Shown here piece after piece: positions 35,348 to 44,679 of a stretch of 64,000 nt of DNA. This stretch comes from a virus. The notes below the pieces were generated by a model, which did not search any database, was not told where the DNA came from, and saw nothing but the letters and a program-made list of their open reading frames with translations. How positions within the stretch are numbered: position 1 is the first letter of the stretch; every line of letters starts with the position of its first letter. The position numbers were made by a program, and so were the translations under genes. The DNA is taken from the IMG/VR virus record IMGVR_UViG_3300037628_000643, positions 1 through 64,000 of that record; one strand, given 5' to 3'.

Positions 35348-36319
35348 ATGGCTCTCTTAGAATTATATCAAACCGAGTTCTACGCCGGATGGATTGAAGC
35401 ATTAGCCCAAGAAGTAGACTTATTTAACGAAAAATCCAACATGACTATCATGTTGGGCAGCGAAGCGTACATCGGATCTTATTTTAAGGAAGCTGGTTAC
35501 GACCGTATCGCAAACCTAATTACCCGTCGAGACGTAACAGACGATAGTGTTGTTGCTCCAGGACGTATGGCTCTGGAAGAGTTGGTTGGCGTTGATTTAG
35601 CGCAGAAAATTGGCCCTATCTTTGAGACTGACGAGAACTTCAAGCGTCGAGGTCGATCTGTAGGCGAAATGGCTACCATTATCGGTCGTCAAGCAGCTGG
35701 CGATTTCCTGAAGCGTGCTCTAGATCAAATCGTTGCATCCCTTATCGGATCTGTTGGCGTTGATACTGTTCTTGTGGACGAGACTGACAAATCATCTGCA
35801 ACAAACCATAAGCACTTAACCAAAACCATGCGTTTGTTCGGCGACAAAGGTCGTGAGATTTCAGCTTTCTTGATGAACTCTGAAGCATTTTATGACTTGG
35901 TTGACGACAAGCTAGATAACTATGTTATCGACTCGGTTGCAGGCGCAACAATTGTAACTGGCGTTATGCAGGGTGCTTTAGGTAAGCCAATTATCGTTTC
36001 TGATATTGGTGCTCTGAATTATGACGAGGGTGCTGGCGAACTTAAGAACCGTGTATTCGGTCTCATGCAGGGTGCGGCAAGCGCATTGCAGCGCGGAGCA
36101 ACAGAAATTGTTGTTGATCGTACCGTTGGTCAAGAGAACTTGGGCTTCACTTACCAAGGCGAGTATAACTACTTAATGAAGATCCTTGGTTATGCATGGA
36201 ATACAGGCTCCGGTATTAACCCTACTGAAGCTGCTCTTGCTACTCCTGCAAACTGGACTCGGATCTTTGATCCTAAGTTGTGCGCAGCTAGCATGGTTAT
36301 TTCAGACGCAGCTAACTAA
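35348..36319 (+). CDS. Major capsid protein
   Basis: 323 aa after scaffold; GYAWN…INPTEAALATPANW ending; strong RBS and downstream terminator. Confidence 0.85.
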   Translation: MALLELYQTEFYAGWIEALAQEVDLFNEKSNMTIMLGSEAYIGSYFKEAGYDRIANLITRRDVTDDSVVAPGRMALEELVGVDLAQKIGPIFETDENFKRRGRSVGEMATIIGRQAAGDFLKRALDQIVASLIGSVGVDTVLVDETDKSSATNHKHLTKTMRLFGDKGREISAFLMNSEAFYDLVDDKLDNYVIDSVAGATIVTGVMQGALGKPIIVSDIGALNYDEGAGELKNRVFGLMQGAASALQRGATEIVVDRTVGQENLGFTYQGEYNYLMKILGYAWNTGSGINPTEAALATPANWTRIFDPKLCAASMVISDAAN

Positions 36320-36341
36320 GTTAGCGTTTAAATAAAATATT

Positions 36342-36367
36342 AAAGGACGCACGTTGCGTCCTTTTTT
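36342..36367 (+). terminator. Intrinsic terminator
   Basis: AAAGGACGCA-CGT-TGCGTCCTTT plus T-run. Confidence 0.85.
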
Positions 36368-36395
36368 CTTAGAATTAGGTTAAAAGGCACTGAAT

Positions 36396-36722
36396 ATGAA
36401 AGAATATAAAGTAAGATCGGCGGATGCGACTACTGAGATCGACATTCCCGTAAGTACTAGATACAACCAATGGATGGTGAATATCACTTATTACGTTGAC
36501 AACACTTTCGCAGCAACTGCAACTCCGTCTGCAGGAACCGTGGCTGTTACTGGACGCACTGCACCACAAGAATGGATAACTACATTTAATGCTAGCGCGT
36601 TAGATGCCACTGTTCCTCTGGAGGCTGTCTCTGTAAGCGGAAAGTTAGACCAAGTGACCGTGACTCCATCTGGTATTACAGGTGCAGGTGCATTCGAAGT
36701 TACCATTATTGGTACTGACTAA
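36396..36722 (+). CDS. Small beta-rich virion protein (possible decoration protein)
   Basis: Paralog of 37452 (TPSAGT, GITGA…TI-x-GT). Confidence 0.55.
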   Translation: MKEYKVRSADATTEIDIPVSTRYNQWMVNITYYVDNTFAATATPSAGTVAVTGRTAPQEWITTFNASALDATVPLEAVSVSGKLDQVTVTPSGITGAGAFEVTIIGTD

Positions 36723-36741
36723 TCATTTTGGACAAAATATC

Positions 36742-36767
36742 AAAGGACGCACTCCGTCCTTTTTTTT
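36742..36767 (+). terminator. Intrinsic terminator, near-copy of 36342
   Basis: AAAGGACG-CACTC-CGTCCTTT plus T-run. Confidence 0.8.
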
Positions 36768-36807
36768 ATGTTAAAATGATCACTCTATGAATTAATAGGA
36801 GTTACCT

Positions 36808-37365
36808 ATGAAAATTTTATTTTTTGTACCACAAGGCAAGGTTCTTCCAAAGCACACTGATTATCAGTACGAACAAAACAAAGTGTCTAATAAGGTTATT
36901 TTTGGCAACGGCTCTTTTAATCATGGGTTCGAAGATTCCTGCGATAAAGTTGTTTTGGATTGCGATAACGATCAGATTGTCGCGTGGACTAAAAAGAACG
37001 GAATCTTGCTTGAAAGGTTCGGTGTTGACAATAAAGAGCTTAACATAAAGTCTGTAGCAGGCTATACGTTTGAAGATGAGAGCGTAGATTCTTTGGCTGC
37101 TCTACAGGTTGAGAAAGCCGAGGCTGAATCTGAAGATGAGAGCCCTTATTCTTTGGCAGTCCAGCAAGCTAAAAAAGCCGAGGCTGATATTGTTAACGAA
37201 ACTGTAAACGAAATTCCTGCTGTATCTGATATCGCAGTTGGTGATTATACCGATCCCGATGGTAATGTTTATTCGCGCAAAAAAGGCCCAAAGCTTAAGG
37301 GCGACTTAGCAGAAGCTATTAAGAAGTACGGATTCGAAAATCTAACATATTCTGCTTCAGACTAA
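36808..37365 (+). CDS. Hypothetical head-region protein with internal repeat
   Basis: EDES-x-x-SLA…KAEA occurs twice. Confidence 0.65.
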   Translation: MKILFFVPQGKVLPKHTDYQYEQNKVSNKVIFGNGSFNHGFEDSCDKVVLDCDNDQIVAWTKKNGILLERFGVDNKELNIKSVAGYTFEDESVDSLAALQVEKAEAESEDESPYSLAVQQAKKAEADIVNETVNEIPAVSDIAVGDYTDPDGNVYSRKKGPKLKGDLAEAIKKYGFENLTYSASD

Positions 37366-37383
37366 AAGTCTGTAACTAATAAG

Positions 37384-37409
37384 AACCCAGACTTAGTTCT
37401 GGGTTTTTT
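37384..37409 (+). terminator. Intrinsic terminator
   Basis: AACCCAGA…TCTGGGTT plus T-run. Confidence 0.75.
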
Positions 37410-37451
37410 GCGTTGTGTTATAATAAATGAATTAAATTTTGAGGTGTTACC

Positions 37452-37778
37452 ATGTCCCGTTCTTACATAATTCCTGGATTAGTTTCAGAGGGAAAAACTA
37501 TCATCGTTGATAGTAGATTCTACAACTGGATCGCTACAGCAACGTATTATTCTGATGAGTATATCACTCCTGTCACTCCTTCTGCTGGCACAATGGGCGT
37601 ATTAGGCACAGTTGTAGGTGCTGGAGGTGCAGGTCTCTTCGCAGACTCACCGCTAGACTGCACAGATGTAACTGACTTTGCCTCCGCTGGTTTTCCATTA
37701 GAATCAATAACTTCTGCGCCTGTTGGTATCACTGGTGCAACACATTATAGGCTTACGATTACTGGGACTGAGGGGTAA
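37452..37778 (+). CDS. Small virion protein, paralog of 36396
   Basis: Same length (108 aa) and shared motifs. Confidence 0.55.
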   Translation: MSRSYIIPGLVSEGKTIIVDSRFYNWIATATYYSDEYITPVTPSAGTMGVLGTVVGAGGAGLFADSPLDCTDVTDFASAGFPLESITSAPVGITGATHYRLTITGTEG

Positions 37779-37781
37779 TGC

Positions 37782-40706
37782 ATGAAAAACCTTCGCCCAG
37801 CATACAGCGGAGGGGTTAGTACTGCTATATTGGAGACAGTAGAACATTTTCAATATAATGCAAATAAGGAAATGCTGGTAGCAACGCGCCCTATTGAAAC
37901 AACACTTAATAGTTTTTATCTTGGTGGACAGCATAAGATAAGCTCAGGTGGCGAGAATGTATTCTTTGAAAACTTGGGCTCTGATGTTAATTGGTATCCA
38001 ATGTGGGGCGGCATCAAAGATCAGTCTGTCGCAGCCAATAAAGATTCTACCGGAATTATAGCGCCTTCTTCCAGAGTGTATTCTGATGCACTTATTGAAG
38101 TTGAGCCTGATGGTGCAGCCGATACATCTGGTGCTGTTGAATATCATACACATACCACCCTTACTGGTAATTTCTCTGTACACACAAAGGAAATAATTGT
38201 AGAGCAAGATATAGCACCTACTGACTATGTATTTTATTCAGTTCATGAAGGTGATCATACCGATGAGATGTACACCCAGACTATTACAGGGCTTACCCTA
38301 TCTGCTGGCGATACTTTTGTTTGGAATTTCAACCATCCTTTAGAAAACCATTCTGGACAAGAAATTCATGGAGTCATAGAAGTATCAACTAGCGGACGTG
38401 ATGGCCCACGAACACCATTGCAGGCTCGTAGATCTGCTTCGGCGCCTACAGAACCTTATTTTAAGTTACACCTTCGGACGTTTACTGATGAGGCAATCCA
38501 GCACTCAGGTAATAGCCCTTGGAGTAGAGTAGGAACAACTATTAGCCCCGCAAATGCTGGAGATGGTGTTGGTGTTGGTACCTCAGATATGAGTACAAGT
38601 CTAGGTAATTCTAGACTAAAGGTTAAATCTAAAGAGCCTTCGTTTAATGCCTTTGCTGTAGAGAGTAGTCTGAACCAAGACCTTTTATGGGTAAGACAAA
38701 GCACTGACGGGGATAGTTCGATCCACCTGTTTGACAAGACCGAAACGCAGACTGTGTTGTTTACTACAGATACGGCAGTTTCATATGACAATAGTGGTGG
38801 TAATTTTGGGATTGGAACTGATGACCCTATACGTAGACTAGACGTAAGATATGGACTAAAAACAATAGATGGTGTTGTTGCTACATTCGGTTCAACTGAC
38901 GGTGATCCGATAGCATTGAATATAGGAAAAACTGGAAGTGCTACTGCCGCAGAACGAGGTATGTGGATAGACGCTACTGAATCCGGTGTAAGTGACGACA
39001 GACCATTAACCCTTCAAAGATATGGCGGTGATGTTGGTATCGGGACGGACAGTCCTCAGGTGAAGTTGGATGTTTATAAGAACGATGCGTTAGTTACTCC
39101 TATGTTTAGTTTGGAGCAGGATGGCGGCGGTGATGCATCAATGAGATTTATATTAACAGGGGAGAGAGCCTTCACAATGGGGGTTGATAACTCTGATAAT
39201 AACTTTAAAATAGGTATTGATGCGAATGATGTTGGAGTTAATCCGTTTTTTACAATTGAGGATCTTACTGGTAATGTAGGGGTTGGGATAGTCCCAACCA
39301 GTAAGTTTCATGTTGAAGTTCCTTACAATACCTCAAACGACTTTAATCTTGGTGTAAAACATAGCTGGTCAGGCGGCGACAGGTATGTAACACACGGTAT
39401 ACTTGACGGTAATCTTCGTTATGGCATGTTCGGCAGGGGATCTTCCCTTGTTGACCACAGAATATGGACTATTGATACATGGAATGGAGGTGGCGGTTCA
39501 TTAGATTTAGACTTCCACCGATGGTATTGTTCAGGCGAACTTGGAATGATACTAAGGAACGGTATGGTCAAGATAGGTTCTAACTTATCAGATATGATTG
39601 GCCCTACTCATACACTAGAAGTTGTTGGTGATGGGATGATTCATGGTTATCTTAAATTAGATAGCACGTTAATAATGCCTGACAGTAATCCAATCCTTTG
39701 GGGTGATGGGTCAGTATCTATTCTGGCTAATAGTGATATAGCTGATGAGTATTGGAAAGTTCAAATTGGTGGTACAACTCGATTGCTCCTTGATAGCGGT
39801 GGGGCAGAGATTGCTGGAGATGCTATCATATCTGGAAATGTGCAAGCGAATGGTAATGGCACGGACTTCAGTAATTTTTGTGCGGGTGGTGGAGCTGGGG
39901 ATAGTTTAACAATTGGTGGAAATAACATATTAATTGGTAGAAACTCAGGTTACTTGTTAACAAATGACCAACAAAATATATTAATAGGTTCATATGCTGG
40001 ATATGATACTACAGCTATGTCTTATTCGGTGGGCATAGGACATAACGTTTTGCGGGATGCATCAGGCGCTATCAGAACAACAGCAGTAGGTTATGGAGCT
40101 GGTGAAAGCGCTGCTTGCAGAGATGGAGTATATTTAGGATACTTAGCAGGACAATATGAGACCCAGAACAATAAACTTTGGATTTCAAACGATACAAATA
40201 ATTTGATAGAAGGTGATTTTTTTAGTCAATGGGTGAAAGTACACGGTGATTTAGAAGTGACCGATAAAATTGGTATTGGAATACCTGAACCTTCTCAAAA
40301 AGTACATATTTGGGAGAACTCTGTTAATCCTGTAGGTATGGCAATTCAGAACTCTGGTACTGGAGACCCAATTCTTCAATTCAAAACTTCTACCTCTACT
40401 TATGTTATGGGTATAGATAATGATAATGGAGACATCTTTAAGATAGATGTTGGTAGCGATATAGGAGTTGTGCCTGCTTTATCAATTGACTTAAATAGGA
40501 ATGTCGGTATTGGGGTAGATCTTCCAGATGAAAAATTAGAAGTTAATGGTACAATAAAGGCTGCTCAGAATGTTTTGTGTGGCACCTACTTTTATTTAGG
40601 TGATCCCGATACTGATGGTTCAGGACGTATATTTATGAGCGGAGGGACTATGATGTTTGAGCATAGATCAGCAGGGCTTTGGGCGGCTATTGGCGGCTTT
40701 GGTTAA
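37782..40706 (+). CDS. Large fibre-like protein with G-x-x-GIG repeats (possible head fibre)
   Basis: Repeated GNFGIGT/GDVGIGT/NVGIG…P…KL motifs and NILIG-x-x-AG repeats. Confidence 0.7.
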   Translation: MKNLRPAYSGGVSTAILETVEHFQYNANKEMLVATRPIETTLNSFYLGGQHKISSGGENVFFENLGSDVNWYPMWGGIKDQSVAANKDSTGIIAPSSRVYSDALIEVEPDGAADTSGAVEYHTHTTLTGNFSVHTKEIIVEQDIAPTDYVFYSVHEGDHTDEMYTQTITGLTLSAGDTFVWNFNHPLENHSGQEIHGVIEVSTSGRDGPRTPLQARRSASAPTEPYFKLHLRTFTDEAIQHSGNSPWSRVGTTISPANAGDGVGVGTSDMSTSLGNSRLKVKSKEPSFNAFAVESSLNQDLLWVRQSTDGDSSIHLFDKTETQTVLFTTDTAVSYDNSGGNFGIGTDDPIRRLDVRYGLKTIDGVVATFGSTDGDPIALNIGKTGSATAAERGMWIDATESGVSDDRPLTLQRYGGDVGIGTDSPQVKLDVYKNDALVTPMFSLEQDGGGDASMRFILTGERAFTMGVDNSDNNFKIGIDANDVGVNPFFTIEDLTGNVGVGIVPTSKFHVEVPYNTSNDFNLGVKHSWSGGDRYVTHGILDGNLRYGMFGRGSSLVDHRIWTIDTWNGGGGSLDLDFHRWYCSGELGMILRNGMVKIGSNLSDMIGPTHTLEVVGDGMIHGYLKLDSTLIMPDSNPILWGDGSVSILANSDIADEYWKVQIGGTTRLLLDSGGAEIAGDAIISGNVQANGNGTDFSNFCAGGGAGDSLTIGGNNILIGRNSGYLLTNDQQNILIGSYAGYDTTAMSYSVGIGHNVLRDASGAIRTTAVGYGAGESAACRDGVYLGYLAGQYETQNNKLWISNDTNNLIEGDFFSQWVKVHGDLEVTDKIGIGIPEPSQKVHIWENSVNPVGMAIQNSGTGDPILQFKTSTSTYVMGIDNDNGDIFKIDVGSDIGVVPALSIDLNRNVGIGVDLPDEKLEVNGTIKAAQNVLCGTYFYLGDPDTDGSGRIFMSGGTMMFEHRSAGLWAAIGGFG

Positions 40707-40884
40707 GAAGTACAGGTATTGAATACACAATCAACAGCGGCTCGAACTGGATTAGCCTAATATAATAAATATGAAGCATTCTGTCCTGAAGGCCATATTC
40801 AGAACATTCAAATGGAATGAGCGCAAGAAATTTAATGGTATAATTACAATAATTAAAATACTCTATTAATATTAAGGGATACAC

Positions 40885-41673
40885 ATGAAAAGATTCAGGC
40901 CTGCACATACACCAATAGAAGTTGGCCCTACAGGAACGATGGGGGTTCCAACTTTCATTCAAGATCAGACGACATTTCCTCTTGACTTATGGTTTTTGGA
41001 GAGATTAAACGATGCAACAATTGCAGTTGACACTGTTCTGGGAGCAGCTTCATTCACTGCAACTGCAGGACATGGAATTGTTGATGGAAATGTGATAGAG
41101 ATAAATAACACTACTACGTTTATTCAAGCGATTGTAACGAATGTCGCTACTAATGTAATTACCATTGATCAGCCAATCAATCATGTGTACTTGGCAGCTA
41201 GCCAATTAATTGTCAGCAATAAAAATATGAATGTACTTGGCACTCAAGGGTCTCCTAGGATATTCACTATAGCTCCCGAAGTCGGACAGAAAGGAGATTT
41301 TACTCGTATCATCTCTACGCTAAGTGATGCGTCAGCTATGGATTTCACTACGTTTGGCGGACAGTCTGCTCTTGCTAATGGATGCGTCTTGAGACTTAAA
41401 CTTGCCGGAGGAGACTTTTTTAATTTATTTAACTGGAAGACTAACGGTGAGTTCATTGTACGAGCTTTTGACCATAGCTTCCAGACAAAAATAGGAGGCG
41501 GTGAGCATAGCTTCACAGCAAGAAGCACATGGGGTGGTCAAAGCAAAAGAGGCGTGGTTTTAAGGGTAGAAGGAACCCGACTGGAAGAGTTGCAAATACT
41601 AGTCCAAGATAATTTAACTGGCTTGACAGACTTTAATATGGTTGCTCAAGGCCATGCACTACAAGAAGATTAA
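40885..41673 (+). CDS. Putative virion structural protein
   Basis: Beta-rich; FGG-x-x-ALANG motif; own extended -10. Confidence 0.55.
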   Translation: MKRFRPAHTPIEVGPTGTMGVPTFIQDQTTFPLDLWFLERLNDATIAVDTVLGAASFTATAGHGIVDGNVIEINNTTTFIQAIVTNVATNVITIDQPINHVYLAASQLIVSNKNMNVLGTQGSPRIFTIAPEVGQKGDFTRIISTLSDASAMDFTTFGGQSALANGCVLRLKLAGGDFFNLFNWKTNGEFIVRAFDHSFQTKIGGGEHSFTARSTWGGQSKRGVVLRVEGTRLEELQILVQDNLTGLTDFNMVAQGHALQED

Positions 41674-41686
41674 AGGATAACAAATT

Positions 41687-42217
41687 ATGGCAGTCACGGC
41701 AGATAATGTTCCATCAGCAACTGCGAACTCATACGCCAGCTTAGTTGACACAAAAGCTATCTGGGATAATGATCCGTATAAAAATGATTATACTGCTTTC
41801 CCAGATGATGATATTAGTCGTGCATTAATTTCGGCTACATCGCAACTTGACGGTGAGTATGGTCATAGATATAAAGGACTGCTATTTGATGATACCTTTG
41901 CGTTATTTTATCCAAGAACAAATATCGTTGACTCTCGTGGCGTATCAATAACTGACTTTACTATATTCCCACCAGAGGTTGCTTTAGCGGCATCTACTCA
42001 GGCTTGGTATATACTACAGTCTGATAGGGAGGCAGAGGTAAGCGTGTCAGGAACAAAAAAGCAAAAAATGGATGGTTTAGGGGAACTCGTCTTCTTCTCT
42101 CCTTCAGAGCAACAATCTGTCAAGGTAGCATTAATTCATAGTGAAACAAGAGCAATTATTAATCCATACGTTACTGGTGGAACAAGTCAATATGTAACTT
42201 TGGTAGGTAGAGGCTGA
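41687..42217 (+). CDS. Head-tail adaptor (ANSY-type)
   Basis: ANSYASL…ALISAT-x-x-LD…YKG…ALFYPR. Confidence 0.7.
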   Translation: MAVTADNVPSATANSYASLVDTKAIWDNDPYKNDYTAFPDDDISRALISATSQLDGEYGHRYKGLLFDDTFALFYPRTNIVDSRGVSITDFTIFPPEVALAASTQAWYILQSDREAEVSVSGTKKQKMDGLGELVFFSPSEQQSVKVALIHSETRAIINPYVTGGTSQYVTLVGRG

Positions 42218-42218
42218 T

Positions 42219-42599
42219 ATGGCTGGCGCAAATGAAATCTTTAATAATCTGTTTGATACTTTTCAGGCTACAGAATTCTTCCAAGATGCCATCTACCCGT
42301 TCTCGTGGACAGAATCCGTATCTGGTGGAATAAATAGGGATACAGGTGCACAAGTAATTACAGATACAATTTATTCGTCTGATGCTTTTTTATTGAACCC
42401 ATCAAAAAGTGAACGTCCAAGCCAGTCTATATTCAAAGATATTCAAGCAGGTGACGTTGTTGCTATGGTACAGACAAATGAGCTAATAAAGAAACCACCA
42501 ATAGACACTACTGTGACATTCAATGGCGAAGATCATGTATGCAAAGAAATCGTCAGCGACCCTGTCGGTGTATCTTGGAAGTTCTTACTTAGGAGATGA
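42219..42599 (+). CDS. Head closure protein
   Basis: IQAGD…DP-x-x-x-x-W-x-x-x-LR; synteny. Confidence 0.6.
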   Translation: MAGANEIFNNLFDTFQATEFFQDAIYPFSWTESVSGGINRDTGAQVITDTIYSSDAFLLNPSKSERPSQSIFKDIQAGDVVAMVQTNELIKKPPIDTTVTFNGEDHVCKEIVSDPVGVSWKFLLRR

Positions 42600-42600
42600 T

Positions 42601-43005
42601 ATGTTCAATATTGATGCAAGAGACTTATTGAATATCCCTGATGATATAATCAAAGAAATTGATCCTGCGATTCGCAAAGGTGCTATTATGGGTTCAAAAT
42701 CAGTGGTCGCTAATAGTCCCGTATTAACAGGCTTATTCAAGGGAAACTGGAATGTTTCTCTAAACGAAACTTTTGATGGATCATTCTCAACTGAAGATCC
42801 ATCAGGAAAATCAACACTTTCAAAAATGATTCAAAAAATAAATTCTTTCTCTATAAAGAAAGACAAGATGCTTTTTATACAAAATAATGTTTTAAATTCT
42901 GAAGAGCATGAATTTTATGCAGAGACAGTGGGCTACGACTTTAGCAAAAGCACTGCACTTAATATCGTAAAAAGCGCAGTCGTATCAGTGGATGCAATTA
43001 GATGA
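42601..43005 (+). CDS. HK97 gp10-like neck/tail completion protein
   Basis: SPVLTGLFKGNWNVS; AGGAG RBS before 42601. Confidence 0.65.
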   Translation: MFNIDARDLLNIPDDIIKEIDPAIRKGAIMGSKSVVANSPVLTGLFKGNWNVSLNETFDGSFSTEDPSGKSTLSKMIQKINSFSIKKDKMLFIQNNVLNSEEHEFYAETVGYDFSKSTALNIVKSAVVSVDAIR

Positions 43006-43499
43006 ATTCATTTAAAAAAGACCTTACAGCAATTTTCGTAGAGAATTTCAGTGAAGATATAATTGCTTATTTTGCTGATGGCTATCACAACGGGCCAACC
43101 GATTTCGGTAGTAGCTTTATTGATATGTCGGACTTCACCCCAACAACTCCAAATGAACAGCCTACGGAAGGCTCGTGGATGCGCATATCGATTGATGAAG
43201 GAGTGGTCGCCAATGACGCAATTACGAATGGGGTAATAAAAGCAAAGCGAATGATTGGATTCGTTCAGTTCGACCTACTTTGGCATGAAGATGTTTCAAG
43301 CAAAGTTATTGATGAAACAATAGAACCAGCGTTAGACCTGCTGTACCTAAATACAAGCTTTCGAGGTAGTGATGGAGATTCAGAAATATTTAATCAGCAG
43401 GATGTTCCCAAAGATACCATAATAACAAGGGCCACAGGTAATAATGTCTGGAGTAAAAAGGAGCTCATATACCCATTTGTTTTGAGATATCTAGCTTGA
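43002..43499 (+). CDS. Tail terminator protein (putative)
   Basis: Synteny and size. Confidence 0.5.
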   Translation: MNSFKKDLTAIFVENFSEDIIAYFADGYHNGPTDFGSSFIDMSDFTPTTPNEQPTEGSWMRISIDEGVVANDAITNGVIKAKRMIGFVQFDLLWHEDVSSKVIDETIEPALDLLYLNTSFRGSDGDSEIFNQQDVPKDTIITRATGNNVWSKKELIYPFVLRYLA

Positions 43500-43552
43500 C
43501 ATGAAATAGCTTTGTGGCATAATTAATTATTATTTATGATTAGGAGTCATTA

Positions 43553-44641
43553 ATGCCAAAAAAACTTTCACAAGATGAAGTTATTGAAAAATTCAAGGAA
43601 GCCCATGGAGATGGTACTTATGACTACTCTCTTGTGGAATATAAATCAAGTAAACTAAAGGTAAAAATAATATGCAAAAAACACAAAGGGGTTTTTGAGC
43701 AAGCTCCAGTGGCTCATTATAATGGGCACAGGTGTGTGGTATGCTATGGGACACTGCTAAAAAACACAGAGTCATTTGTAGTTTCAGCGAGAAAAGTTCA
43801 CGGTTATGAATTTGACTACGGCGAATCGAATTACAAGGGAAGTACCGAAAAAGTCATAATTACATGCAGCAAGGGACACAGGTTCAGTCAAACAGCGGCT
43901 GTGCACCTTTCTGGTAGTGGCTGCAAGGTATGTAACTTTGCTGGTAACTCACCTCCGATGATGACTCAGGAAGAATTTATCTCAAGATCTAAAAAAATAC
44001 ACAAAGGGAAGTATAATTACTCATCGGTAGTGTATCTTGGTTCAGCGTTAAACGTGGAAATACTATGTGATTGTGGGCATACATTTCACCAATCAGCAAC
44101 CAACCATTTACAGGGGGCAGGTTGCGTCAAATGTAGAGATAAAAAAACTAGCGAAACAAGCAGGTTGACACAAAAAGAGTTCATAGATAGGTGCACCAGT
44201 GTTCATGGGGATAAATATAAATACAACAAAACGAAATATAGACTATCTACAGAAAAGGTGACAATAACTTGTCGAGAGCATGGTGATTTCCGCCAAAATG
44301 CAAAAAACCATTATTCCAGCGGGGCAGGGTGTCCATCTTGTGCCAGCCATGGTTTTGATGGAAATAAAGACGGATACTTATACTTGATTCACTCTTTATG
44401 CGGTAAATATATGAAGATAGGAATTACAAGAGATATAGGTAGCAGACAAAAATCTATTACTAGAGACACTCCATTCGGAATTGTTCTTGTGGATAGCATA
44501 AAGATGGGCGGGTACGAAGCAATGGATCTAGAGAAAACATTACACAAGCTATTTACGCCAGCGGGCTTCTCTGGATTTGACGGGTACACAGAATGGTTTA
44601 AACGAGACCTTGATGATCTCAAGGCATTATTCGTGTTATAA
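43553..44641 (+). CDS. DUF723-like repeat + GIY-YIG/T5orf172-like endonuclease
   Basis: Four repeats of HG-x-x-Y-x-Y…C-x-x-H-x-F-x-Q…H-x-x-G-x-x-C-x-x-C; KIGIT…LEK-x-LH…GYTEWF. Confidence 0.8.
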   Translation: MPKKLSQDEVIEKFKEAHGDGTYDYSLVEYKSSKLKVKIICKKHKGVFEQAPVAHYNGHRCVVCYGTLLKNTESFVVSARKVHGYEFDYGESNYKGSTEKVIITCSKGHRFSQTAAVHLSGSGCKVCNFAGNSPPMMTQEEFISRSKKIHKGKYNYSSVVYLGSALNVEILCDCGHTFHQSATNHLQGAGCVKCRDKKTSETSRLTQKEFIDRCTSVHGDKYKYNKTKYRLSTEKVTITCREHGDFRQNAKNHYSSGAGCPSCASHGFDGNKDGYLYLIHSLCGKYMKIGITRDIGSRQKSITRDTPFGIVLVDSIKMGGYEAMDLEKTLHKLFTPAGFSGFDGYTEWFKRDLDDLKALFVL

Positions 44642-44679
44642 TCACACGATACATTAATTTTTTTCAAAAGGTGACTTAA

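Noticed and set aside
36311-36325. Capsid stop codon inside hairpin GCTAAC-TAA-GTTAGC (possible readthrough)
   Set aside because: The next in-frame stop follows after three codons; no meaningful extension
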